Assembly: GCA_903857825.1 (NCBI GenBank)
Contig: CAIOGI010000010.1
Coordinates: forward strand, 46,542-110,541
Reading direction: 5' to 3'
Length of the DNA stretch: 64,000 bases
Source: Candidatus Tayloriibacteriota bacterium
Lineage (GTDB): Bacteria > Patescibacteriota > Minisyncoccia > Phycocordibacterales > PALSA-1337
Shown here: one piece after another, positions 18,077-27,110 of the stretch
Layout of the letters: every line of letters begins with the position of its first letter
Position numbering within the stretch: position 1 is the first letter of the stretch
Notes under the pieces: model-generated
Seen by the model: only the letters and a program-made list of their open reading frames with translations
What the model was told of the DNA's origin: nothing
Databases searched by the model: none
Made by a program: the position numbers and the translations under genes

Positions 18077-19228
18077 TTATATCATACCATCTAGTGCGTA
18101 CGCATACATTTCTATTAATTGATTTTTATCTGAGGTCTTTTCATAAGATATAGCTGAATTAATTTTCTCAATTGCGAAATCAGTTATTCGTATTTCGTAT
18201 CCAATTTTAGTGTTTAATATATCTTTATATATTTCTATATGACTGTGTGTTGATAGGAAATAGATTCTAGGTATGTTAGTTGCTATATCTGCCACCTCTA
18301 ATGTCTTTTTGTACTGTGAAAACCATTCTTCTGAATAATCTCCTATTATCCTTCCTATTTTTTTCTCTTCTAAGCTTTCTAGTTTTTTCCCTTGATACAA
18401 AGAGATCATCGAGTCTGTAACTGTATCATTCTGAGTCATTCTTCTTGATATTTTTCTAATAAGATTTGCTGTACCGATGGGAAAAGATGAAAAATGTGAA
18501 CAAAGACCTTTCTGAACAACGATTATATCTGTTAGTTCACTATGTACATGCATATAAACATAATTATTTATATCAGGCATTATTTTCCTTAAGGCAATAT
18601 AATTGAGAAGCAAGCCTGAACTGAACTTTATTTCTTTTGCTTTGATAAATCTACTTATAACCTTATTGAGTCTATTCAATATAATCTTTGAACTTAATGT
18701 CATAGAGAATGAAACTTCAATATCTCTAGCTTTTTTACCAATATAATCACTTATCTCATATCCATTGAGCTTAACATCAAAAACTTTTTGTTCTATGTAT
18801 TGTAGATCAGAATAAATATTTTCGGTTGTATCAATATCTGATTTTTTATATATATCTTCTAGCTTATTTCTTTCATCATCTATTATTTTTAATACCATTT
18901 CTTCTGTGACTTCTTTCTCGTCAGTAAAATCAATTTTTATAGTTTTGGAATGAGATAGTATCCATGGTGATGATAATATTATATTGATTGATTCCACATG
19001 ATTTGTCTCAGTAAGCATGTGCATTATCTCAGAAAATGTTTTGAGCATCATCTTATTCAAATAATGACTATTGGTATGATTCTTTCTTGGAATATCTCTT
19101 GTGATTAGTTTTGAAATAACTGGATTGCTATTTTCTTTCTGAGATATGAGACATCCTCTAATAAGTCCACTTTGAATATCAATAAGTAGTGAAGTCTTTT
19201 CTTTTTCTTTTTTAAAGAATGAGAACAT
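18077..19228 (-). CDS. hypothetical protein, possibly a divergent actin-like ATPase (FtsA/PilM/MreB superfamily)
   Basis: N-terminus LLIDIQSGLIRGCLIS and later IIVVQKGLCSHFSSFPIGTANLIRKI loosely resemble the phosphate-1 and phosphate-2 motifs of actin-fold ATPases; weak. Confidence 0.35.
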   Translation of the reverse strand: MFSFFKKEKEKTSLLIDIQSGLIRGCLISQKENSNPVISKLITRDIPRKNHTNSHYLNKMMLKTFSEIMHMLTETNHVESINIILSSPWILSHSKTIKIDFTDEKEVTEEMVLKIIDDERNKLEDIYKKSDIDTTENIYSDLQYIEQKVFDVKLNGYEISDYIGKKARDIEVSFSMTLSSKIILNRLNKVISRFIKAKEIKFSSGLLLNYIALRKIMPDINNYVYMHVHSELTDIIVVQKGLCSHFSSFPIGTANLIRKISRRMTQNDTVTDSMISLYQGKKLESLEEKKIGRIIGDYSEEWFSQYKKTLEVADIATNIPRIYFLSTHSHIEIYKDILNTKIGYEIRITDFAIEKINSAISYEKTSDKNQLIEMYAYALDGMI

Positions 19229-19231
19229 GAT

Positions 19232-19285
19232 AAATTATTATACCACAAGGGTACTTCTATTTCACTAATTCGCTGGGTACAGCTC
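19232..19285 (-). promoter_or_regulatory. 54-bp repeated promoter / 5'-leader module, copy 1 (minus strand carries TGGTATAAT extended -10 about 12 nt before the ATG of ORF 18077-19228)
   Basis: 52/54 nt identity with 28383-28436; both copies end 3-4 nt from a minus-strand start codon. Confidence 0.5.
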
Positions 19286-19336
19286 ATGTGAAATAAGTCG
19301 TACCATCAATATTTGTTTTATGTTTGTTGGGCTGTT

Positions 19337-19369
19337 GAAAAAAAAGAAACGTAGCGGGGGGCTACGTTT
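19337..19369 (-). terminator. intrinsic terminator of the alaS transcript (9-bp stem aaacgtagc/gctacgttt, G5 loop, then T-run on the minus strand)
   Basis: read directly; on the minus strand the A-run 19337-19345 becomes the poly-U tract. Confidence 0.6.
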
Positions 19370-19496
19370 AGATACCGAGGATGGTGCGCTTGATACCATC
19401 CTTCACTGATACTCCGACTGCCATAAGAATAGCTCTTAGTACCATGAAGGCATGACCAAACACAACCAATGCATTGACAAAATTATTGTTTTTCAT
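19368..19496 (-). CDS. possible 42-aa hydrophobic small protein (MKNNNFVNALVVFGHAFMVLRAILMAVGVSVKDGIKRTILGI) between alaS and its terminator
   Basis: hand-translated; stop codon lies inside the terminator stem; no RBS evident. Confidence 0.2.
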   Translation of the reverse strand: MKNNNFVNALVVFGHAFMVLRAILMAVGVSVKDGIKRTILGI

Positions 19497-19543
19497 TGTG
19501 TGCTATTAATATTTTTATCACAAATATGTCACATTTACAAGTA

Positions 19544-21340
19544 CTATTGAAGCACTCCCTTTATTCTCCTCACTCCTTGAGATGAAGCTTCCTCCTTTTG
19601 GATTTTAAACATGGCCTTCCCTTCTGGACCAGCTAATTCTGAAGTGTTTTTCACATGAGGTCCTCCACAAAATTCTTTTGAAAATGCATTTTCTAAAGTG
19701 TCACCAATATAGTAAATAGAAATTTCATCACCATACTTTTCACCAAAGAAATGTCTAGCACCAGTTTTTTCTGCTTCTACTCTAGGCATTAATACCTGAT
19801 TTACAGGCAAAGCCTTCTTGATTTGCTCATTTACAATTTCTTCAACATTTTTCTTCTGCTCATCAGTCATCTTTGAATCATAGGAAAAGTCGAAGCGAAG
19901 ACGTTCAGGTGTAATATTTGATCCTTTTTGACCAACTCCATCACCAAGCACAATGTGCAATGCTTGATGCAATAAGTGAGTAGCTGTGTGGTATTTAATA
20001 ACCATAGGATCATTGGCGTCTGCTAAACCACCTTTGAACTTCTGTTCTGCGCCCGTACGAGAAAGCTCCTGATGCTTCTTGAACTCCTCATTGAACTTAT
20101 CCACATCTATCTTTATTCCCTTTTCCTTGGCGAGTTCTAGAGTAAGCTCAATTGGAAAACCATAACTTGAAAACAAGACGAAAGCATCTGTTCCTTTTTC
20201 AAATTCTTTTAAACCTTTTTCTAATGTTTTTCTGAATCTTTCTTCTTCAAGATTTATCTCATTTTTTATTATCTCAAGCTTTTCTGCAATATTTGGATAT
20301 ATTTCTTTATAGACTTCTGCGTAGATACTTACAAGTTCCTTCAATGTAAACTCGGCCATTTGCATGCCGTTAGCATTTACTATTGCTTTTCTCAATAGTC
20401 GTCGCAAAATGTAACCTCTGTCAGTATTACTTGGAATAACTCCATCACCAATCAAAAATATTGATGAACGAATATGGTCTGCGACTATCCTTGCTGATTT
20501 TAAATTCCAATTTTTAGATAATTCCTTGATCTTGTTCATTGCAGTCATGTGCAGATCAGTATCATAAATATTATCCACACCCTGAAGTGTCATGAGTAAA
20601 CGCTCAAGTCCAGCTCCAGTATCCACAGAAGGCTTTGGTAATTTACCAACTATCTTTCCATCTACTTTCGCGTATTGCATAAACACATCATTCCACACCT
20701 CTAGAACATCTCTAACATCATCTGCCTTAACAAATTCTTCATGTGTAAGACCTCTCCCATTAAATTTATTCAGTACGTCATAAAACATTTCAGAATCTGG
20801 ACCACATGGACCATTATCACCTGCTTGCCACCAATTATTCTCTGCTGGTAAATAGAAAATTCTATTACCTTCAATTTTATTTTTATCAAAAATTTCCTGC
20901 CATATCTTAGCAGCCTCCTCATCTCTTGGTGCCACATCATCACCTTCAAATACAGTTACGTGGAGACGCTTTGGATCTAAACCGAGTCCTTCACTTTTAT
21001 CAGTTAAAAATTCATAACTCCAATTTATCGCTTCTTTCTTGAAATAATCTCCAAGTGACCAGTTACCCAACATCTCAAAAAACGTCGCATGAGTATTATC
21101 ACCTATACCATCAAAATCAACTGTTCTAAGGCATTTTTGAACGTCTGCAAGGCGTGTACCCTGTGGATGTGGTTCCCCGAGAAGATATGGTATCAATGGC
21201 TGCATCCCTGCAGTATTAAAAAGTGTAGAGTTTGTAACTCCTTTACTATCAGGTGTCACAAGAGAAGCGGAAGGAATGATGACATGTCCCCTTTTCTCAA
21301 AAAACTTTAAAAACCTTGATCTAATATCTGATGATTTCAT
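19544..21340 (-). CDS. alaS: alanine--tRNA ligase, short form (catalytic, tRNA-recognition and editing domains present; no C-terminal C-Ala domain)
   Basis: class II AlaRS N-terminus (...FNTAGMQPLIPYLLG..., WNDVFMQY), editing-domain HTATHLLHQALHIVLG and CGGPHV; 598 aa versus about 870 for canonical AlaS. Confidence 0.9.
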   Translation of the reverse strand: MKSSDIRSRFLKFFEKRGHVIIPSASLVTPDSKGVTNSTLFNTAGMQPLIPYLLGEPHPQGTRLADVQKCLRTVDFDGIGDNTHATFFEMLGNWSLGDYFKKEAINWSYEFLTDKSEGLGLDPKRLHVTVFEGDDVAPRDEEAAKIWQEIFDKNKIEGNRIFYLPAENNWWQAGDNGPCGPDSEMFYDVLNKFNGRGLTHEEFVKADDVRDVLEVWNDVFMQYAKVDGKIVGKLPKPSVDTGAGLERLLMTLQGVDNIYDTDLHMTAMNKIKELSKNWNLKSARIVADHIRSSIFLIGDGVIPSNTDRGYILRRLLRKAIVNANGMQMAEFTLKELVSIYAEVYKEIYPNIAEKLEIIKNEINLEEERFRKTLEKGLKEFEKGTDAFVLFSSYGFPIELTLELAKEKGIKIDVDKFNEEFKKHQELSRTGAEQKFKGGLADANDPMVIKYHTATHLLHQALHIVLGDGVGQKGSNITPERLRFDFSYDSKMTDEQKKNVEEIVNEQIKKALPVNQVLMPRVEAEKTGARHFFGEKYGDEISIYYIGDTLENAFSKEFCGGPHVKNTSELAGPEGKAMFKIQKEEASSQGVRRIKGVLQ

Positions 21341-21374
21341 GGAAAGCAGTTTAGCATATTTGCTTAATAATTTC

Positions 21375-23150
21375 CTATTTTATCAACCTCTCCAGCCTCT
21401 TTATATCCTCAGCAATTTGGTCGATTCCTTCCTGGAAAAGCTGTCCCGAAGTAACGTCTATGCCTATTTCTTTTAATATGTTCTCAGGTGTGTCCTTTCC
21501 GCCAGCTGAAAGGAATTTTTCGATTGATTTTATGAAGCCCTTGTCCTTCTTGTATCTTCTAAGAAGAGCTTTACTTACTAATTGTCCATACGCATATGAA
21601 TACACGTAAAAGAATTGTCTAATGTGCCACCATTGAACGAAAGAATATCCATCGTCATGATTCATCTTAAATACTGGTCCAAGATATGCCTTCATGTTCT
21701 TGTTGTGTAAGTCAGCCAATTCTTCCTTTGAAATATATCCATTTTTTCTAACTATATTATGTATATCGTTTTCAAAGTTAAAACATGCAACTTGTCTAAA
21801 TATCGTAGAAATATCATCATCAATTTGATTGTGAAGTGCAATAACTCTCTGTTTTTCTGGAAGACTTTCCACAATTTCTTCGAATGCCAGTGATTCAAAA
21901 AATGTACTTGCCGTTTCTGCAAGTGAGAAAGAGTAGGACGAATATATCGGTCCTTGTGGTTTTGATAGCTCAGTATGAAATGCATGTCCCATTTCATGAG
22001 CGATGGTCAAGTAGCTATGCAAACTATTGGTATGATTCAACAAGACAAAGGTTGGGGTTTGGAATGTTCCCCAACAATACGCACCACCCATCTTTCCTTT
22101 CTTTGCATACACATCGATTTGTCCATTTTTAATATAGTTTTTCAATATTTCTGAATATTTGCTGTCAAAATTACCAAAAGTTTTAGTCAGTGATTTTATT
22201 GAGCTTTCAAAGGGAAAATCACCATTCACTTTTGCATACTTTGCACTTCTGTCTGAGTAGCTCAGCGTTTTAAGTTTAAGAAGCTTGGCCTTTAACTTAT
22301 AAAATTTTTGTGGGACATTAAAACTTTTTGTAACTATTTCAACAAGTTTTTCTACCGTTTTTGGATCGTTGCGATATCTCCTAATAGTATCATCATACGG
22401 CCTAGTATATCCTCTTAACTCATCATCAATCTTTTTATTTGTCACTAGGGCATTCATTTCAGCCTCTGAAAACACTGAAATCTTTTTCAGTTCAGTAGCA
22501 ATAAGTCCCGATAGGCTATCTCTGTTTTTTTTATTACTCTCTCCAACCATGCCTTGTGCCTGTGCAAGTGGTATATCCTTACCTTTCCATTTAATGGTAA
22601 CTGAGGTTAGTATTTTATTGTGTCCGATATCCCACATTTGTGATGCAGGAAGGCTTTTCAAGTTCATTATTCTCTCCTCAGCTTCAGAAAGATTGTACTT
22701 TGCATCAGAAAACACACAAGTCAAAAAGAATTTATATTTTGCTAATTGAGGATCACTTAAAAATTCGCTCTGCTTGTTAATTGAAATTTTGCCAAGATCG
22801 ATATAATAAAATGCGAGCTTGTTTAATGCTTTAGTTGCTCTGTTATTCATCAAGTTCAAAAGTGATTGGGCCTTAATATTTGAACTGTCTTTGTGAATAG
22901 TGAAAGTCAAGAACATGATGGGTTTTGGTGTAAGTAGTCCATCAATTCCATCAATATAGAAAAACTTCTCTAGTGACTCAACAAGCTCCTTCTTGTCAGT
23001 TAAAAACTTTCTATCCGCAGTCGCATACTTTTTATTAAAATCTTCACAAAGATTTTCAAGACTCGTCATGTCCTTCTCGATTTGTTTGTCGTTTATTGAT
23101 GAATACAATAACCCTAGATTCCACTCATTCTTTTTAAATTTATTAGTCAT
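21375..23150 (-). CDS. pepF: M3B-family oligoendopeptidase F
   Basis: HEMGHAFH zinc-binding HExxH, about 590 aa, PepF-like layout. Confidence 0.85.
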   Translation of the reverse strand: MTNKFKKNEWNLGLLYSSINDKQIEKDMTSLENLCEDFNKKYATADRKFLTDKKELVESLEKFFYIDGIDGLLTPKPIMFLTFTIHKDSSNIKAQSLLNLMNNRATKALNKLAFYYIDLGKISINKQSEFLSDPQLAKYKFFLTCVFSDAKYNLSEAEERIMNLKSLPASQMWDIGHNKILTSVTIKWKGKDIPLAQAQGMVGESNKKNRDSLSGLIATELKKISVFSEAEMNALVTNKKIDDELRGYTRPYDDTIRRYRNDPKTVEKLVEIVTKSFNVPQKFYKLKAKLLKLKTLSYSDRSAKYAKVNGDFPFESSIKSLTKTFGNFDSKYSEILKNYIKNGQIDVYAKKGKMGGAYCWGTFQTPTFVLLNHTNSLHSYLTIAHEMGHAFHTELSKPQGPIYSSYSFSLAETASTFFESLAFEEIVESLPEKQRVIALHNQIDDDISTIFRQVACFNFENDIHNIVRKNGYISKEELADLHNKNMKAYLGPVFKMNHDDGYSFVQWWHIRQFFYVYSYAYGQLVSKALLRRYKKDKGFIKSIEKFLSAGGKDTPENILKEIGIDVTSGQLFQEGIDQIAEDIKRLERLIK

Positions 23151-23155
23151 ATTTA

Positions 23156-23656
23156 TTATCTTAAATTTAATGCTTTTATTAAAAGTTCCTTTGATAAATA
23201 CTTTTTTTCAATTCCCCATCTTTCACAATTTTCATTTTCCCACCTTGCACTTGTTGATGATTCCCAATTATGGATAAAGTGAAGGACTTTAACCTTACCA
23301 CTTGAAAATAGCGGTTCATAAAAGTCATCAAGTATTGGTCTACAATATTTCTCGTTTGGATTATTCTTGAACCATTCCTTATACAATTTAACCATTTTCT
23401 CCTCGAAAGGCATTTGGCTAAAAATATTAATCCCTTGATCCTTTATTAGTATTTCTATAATATTTGCAAATACTTTTCCATTACCCTCGACGGTTCCGAC
23501 TCCTCCTGTTGATATAGGACCAGAAACCATATGTGCGTCTCCAGTCATCCTAGAAATAATCGCTAAGGCTATATTTACCAATTGCTTAAAATCAGTAGCG
23601 TCATCGAGGGCCTTTTTATCTTCCATATTCCATAATTTCCATTGTATTTCATTCAT
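23156..23656 (-). CDS. hypothetical protein, possibly a nucleoside 2-deoxyribosyltransferase-like (DUF4406-like) fold
   Basis: MVSGPISTGG...EGNGKVFANIIEIL recalls the NDT/DUF4406 ISGPxTG motif; weak, motif-level only. Confidence 0.35.
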   Translation of the reverse strand: MNEIQWKLWNMEDKKALDDATDFKQLVNIALAIISRMTGDAHMVSGPISTGGVGTVEGNGKVFANIIEILIKDQGINIFSQMPFEEKMVKLYKEWFKNNPNEKYCRPILDDFYEPLFSSGKVKVLHFIHNWESSTSARWENENCERWGIEKKYLSKELLIKALNLR

Positions 23657-23662
23657 AAAGTT

Positions 23663-24556
23663 TTATACTTGCAATCCGCAAACCTCCTGTATTTCTGCAA
23701 TGACAGCTTTCTCTTCTACTTCCCCCATTCCAATCTCCTTTAATAGGGATAGACTTTTGTAAATATCTGTACACAAAACAACTCCTTTATTTAGTAATGC
23801 TCTTTTGTGCTGATTAGACAATGTCATCAAACAAGTAAATGGGTGTAGTCTATGTTCCTCTATAATGTCTTGCAAATTACCTTTTGCTGGATAATTCCAT
23901 CCGATCATCTTTATCCCCTGACACTCTCCATAGCGAATAGCTTGCTCTGTGAACTTTGTATTCGTGATTATCCATCCTTCGTCAAGCCTCCTCACTATTC
24001 CTCCATAATTAAACATATTTCCTCGTAGGTCATCGAAACGAGCTTTCATATATAATGCAACTTTCACATCTGATTTCATACCAAGCTCATTATGAAATTT
24101 TGCCTCTGCCATCATGAGTTTGTCCTTATTCCACGCCACAACATCTACCTCATGAGTAACACAAGCTCCTAGTATGGTTTGATCAGTTAAAGTCTCGTAT
24201 CCCCATGATTGAAATATTCTGGCTACATATTTTTCAAAAGGGAAACCATCTGGCCCAAGTTCTGAAAGGGCTCGGCGAAGTGAATACTTGATAGCCATTG
24301 GCATTGAGTGCTTTCTAAGTAAAGTAAAAGCATGCCCATATATCTCGCTTGTAGGCATACCGTCTTTCATTTCAGACTCAACTTTAGTCAAAATTTGCTC
24401 GATAATTTCCTCACTTCCGCCTGCATTTTGAAGCGATTCTATAAGCTTACTCTCTTCGAAAAGCTCTCTTGTTCCATCAGCTTTTGTTATTGTTATTAAA
24501 TGATTCATACTTAGTATATTAGATGTAATAGTATATCTATGCAAATCGTGATTCAA
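23663..24556 (-). CDS. ATP-cone domain fused to a PD-(D/E)xK (Mrr-like) nuclease domain
   Basis: N-terminus ITKADGTRELFEESKLIESL...EEIIEQILTKVESEM (ATP-cone as in NrdR/RNR); then GFPFEKYVARIFQSWGYE...HEVDVVAW...MAEAKF (D...ExK nuclease core). Confidence 0.7.
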   Translation of the reverse strand: MNHDLHRYTITSNILSMNHLITITKADGTRELFEESKLIESLQNAGGSEEIIEQILTKVESEMKDGMPTSEIYGHAFTLLRKHSMPMAIKYSLRRALSELGPDGFPFEKYVARIFQSWGYETLTDQTILGACVTHEVDVVAWNKDKLMMAEAKFHNELGMKSDVKVALYMKARFDDLRGNMFNYGGIVRRLDEGWIITNTKFTEQAIRYGECQGIKMIGWNYPAKGNLQDIIEEHRLHPFTCLMTLSNQHKRALLNKGVVLCTDIYKSLSLLKEIGMGEVEEKAVIAEIQEVCGLQV

Positions 24557-24980
24557 GACGTATTACTCTCTTTTTTACATCCAAAAGCTCAGTTTTATCT
24601 GCTTTCTCCTTTAATGTTTCTTTGATATTTAAAACATCTCCGCCTATTAATGTCAGCTTATGATCCATCTTTGAAAAGTCAATTTGTAGACTAGAAACTT
24701 TTTCATCTATAGAAGCAACGTGATCACATACGCCCCTTATCTTTTCATTAAAACCAGAAGTAAGGTCAGTTACATGTCGCTTAAAGTCTGTCTCCATTAA
24801 TTCAAGATCAGCTTTTGTTGCGTACTTTTTATCAGCATCATCAAATCTCTTATCGACTTGTTCAAATCTCTTATCTATATGCTTTCTAAACTCTTTAAAA
24901 TATGCCGGTTCATAATTCTCGATTTTATTATCGATATGCTTTCTAAACTCTTTGAAATATAGTGGTTCTTTTTCTGGCAT
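24537..24980 (-). CDS. hypothetical coiled-coil protein with internal duplication (YFKEFRKHID x2)
   Basis: ORF track; 20-bp overlap with the nuclease gene start; tandem DNA duplication atatgctttctaaactcttt(a/g)aaatat at about 24880-24960. Confidence 0.4.
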   Translation of the reverse strand: MPEKEPLYFKEFRKHIDNKIENYEPAYFKEFRKHIDKRFEQVDKRFDDADKKYATKADLELMETDFKRHVTDLTSGFNEKIRGVCDHVASIDEKVSSLQIDFSKMDHKLTLIGGDVLNIKETLKEKADKTELLDVKKRVIRLESRFA

Positions 24981-25096
24981 AATATATTATTTGTTAATAT
25001 TTATTAATGATTAGTTGTAATTTATAAAAGAAATTATACTCCTCCAAATATGCTTGTGAAGTTCCAAAAGATAATTTTTTGTGTTGTACTTATTAA

Positions 25097-26149
25097 TTAG
25101 ACAATAATTCCTCCACCAAGACAAATATCTCCATCATAGACCACCAATGACTGCCCAGGGGATAGCGTATATTGTGGTTTAGAAAAAGTAACTTTATTGT
25201 CGACAGAAATAGTAATTTCTTGCAATTCCTCTCTGTATCGTGAACGAGCCCTTAACAACAATCCAGAGGGCACACTTCCTTGATTCCAATTTACGTCTTT
25301 CAATTCAATTTCATTTTTTGCACATGGCAAATACCCTTCTATATCTTTATTCGCGACCGTTATTGTATTTTTATCAATATCTTTGGAAACTATATAATAC
25401 GGTTCCTCATTTGGAGTTTTCTTTGTTATATTGAACCCATGTCTTTCACCAATAGTAAAGAAATATGAGCCATTATGTTCTCCAATAATCTCACCCGCCT
25501 CATTTAGCACATCTCCCATTTTGTGATCAATATAATGTGACAGAAATTCCTTTACATCAATTTTTCCAATAAAGCAGAGACCTTGGCTATCTTTTTTTTC
25601 TGCTGTTGGAAGACCAAATTTCTTGGCAAGCTTTCGAACTTCAGGTTTAATAATATTCCCAATAGGAAAAAGTGTTTTAGAGATTTGCTCGGCAGTTAAT
25701 GTCCAAAGAAAATATGACTGGTCTTTATTCTTATCATGTCCTGCTATTAATCTACCATTTTTAATCTGAGCGTAATGTCCTGTAGCCACAAAGTCAGCAC
25801 CATTTTTCATTGCCCAATCATAAAAGCCGCCAAACTTTACATGACGATTACACATAACATCAGGATTTGGAGTCTTACCAGCTTTATATTCTCTTATCAT
25901 ATAATCGACAACCTCTTCTTTGTATTCCTTTTCTAAATCAAGTGTTATAAATGGAATATCAAGCTTTGCAGCGACTCTCATTGCATCTATCCTTTCTTCT
26001 TTCCATGTGCATTTTATCCAATCAGGTTGCCATACCTTTATAAATACACCAGTTACATCATAACCAGCCCTTATTAATAAGGCGGCAGAAACTGAGCTAT
26101 CTACTCCGCCTGACATGCCTATATATACTTTTTTATTTTTATTAATCAC
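25097..26149 (-). CDS. mnmA: tRNA-specific 2-thiouridylase MnmA
   Basis: PP-loop SGGVDSSV at N-terminus; MnmA-like length and layout. Confidence 0.9.
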   Translation of the reverse strand: MINKNKKVYIGMSGGVDSSVSAALLIRAGYDVTGVFIKVWQPDWIKCTWKEERIDAMRVAAKLDIPFITLDLEKEYKEEVVDYMIREYKAGKTPNPDVMCNRHVKFGGFYDWAMKNGADFVATGHYAQIKNGRLIAGHDKNKDQSYFLWTLTAEQISKTLFPIGNIIKPEVRKLAKKFGLPTAEKKDSQGLCFIGKIDVKEFLSHYIDHKMGDVLNEAGEIIGEHNGSYFFTIGERHGFNITKKTPNEEPYYIVSKDIDKNTITVANKDIEGYLPCAKNEIELKDVNWNQGSVPSGLLLRARSRYREELQEITISVDNKVTFSKPQYTLSPGQSLVVYDGDICLGGGIIV

Positions 26150-26150
26150 C

Positions 26151-27107
26151 TTAATTCAAATATATATTTTTATTTTGAATATGTCCATCATACGTAGAAG
26201 CATATCTCATCTTGCCATCTTTACCTGTTAAATAAAAATAATATTTTGTTTTTACAGGATTGATAGCGGCCATTATAGATTCGAGTCCAGGATTGCTAAT
26301 AGGCCCCTTGGTTAAACCTTTATAGAGGTAAGTATTGTAAGGTGAATCAATTTTTAAATCATCAAGTGTAAATGAACCTTTCTTTGCTGTTAAGTAATAA
26401 AATGGAGCATCTACTTGTAATAACATATTATCGTCCAATCTTTTCCACAAGATACCTGCTACTATCTTTTTATCTTCCAATCCCCTGGCTTCTTCTTCTA
26501 CTATCGATGCCATTATTATTATATCTTTTAATGTTCTACCTCCTGGCTTTGTATCTAGAGTTAATGTACTAATTTTTTTGTCGAAATTTGCACGCATTTC
26601 TTTTATTATTGCTTCAGGCTTTGTATTTGAAAAAAAGAAATAAGTATCTGGGAATAGGTAGCCCTCTTCTCTTAATGCTAAAGCAACAAATTTAGGAGCA
26701 TTAAAATTTGTAAGTTTAGTTAAATATATATATGCCATATCATACACATTTGTACCTTCTGGAATAGTAATTTTAACTTTAGGTAATCCATGCTGACCGG
26801 CAGTTAACCTACTTGCTATAGTAAACGCGTTCTGTCCTTCCGTAAATCGATAATCTCCAGCAAATATTCCATCTCCCCCTCCAAATATTACTATCAAAAC
26901 TTTAAATAAAAAGGGTGAGCTAATTATCCTTTTTGATTCTAGTTTATTACTTATATTGTCTAATGAACTACTTAGTGGAATATTGATATCAAATTGTCCA
27001 ATTGGAAAATTCTTTGGCACACGACTTGCTGCTACTATCATACCTATTAATGTAATTAAAAAAAAGAAACCTAAACCAAATATGAATTTTTTTGTAGAAA
27101 TCGTCAT
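26151..27107 (-). CDS. mltG: endolytic murein transglycosylase MltG (YceG family)
   Basis: N-terminal TM, YceG-like domain with conserved ...LQVDAPFYY...GLYKGPISNPG... block. Confidence 0.8.
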   Translation of the reverse strand: MTISTKKFIFGLGFFFLITLIGMIVAASRVPKNFPIGQFDINIPLSSSLDNISNKLESKRIISSPFLFKVLIVIFGGGDGIFAGDYRFTEGQNAFTIASRLTAGQHGLPKVKITIPEGTNVYDMAYIYLTKLTNFNAPKFVALALREEGYLFPDTYFFFSNTKPEAIIKEMRANFDKKISTLTLDTKPGGRTLKDIIIMASIVEEEARGLEDKKIVAGILWKRLDDNMLLQVDAPFYYLTAKKGSFTLDDLKIDSPYNTYLYKGLTKGPISNPGLESIMAAINPVKTKYYFYLTGKDGKMRYASTYDGHIQNKNIYLN

Positions 27108-27110
27108 GTA

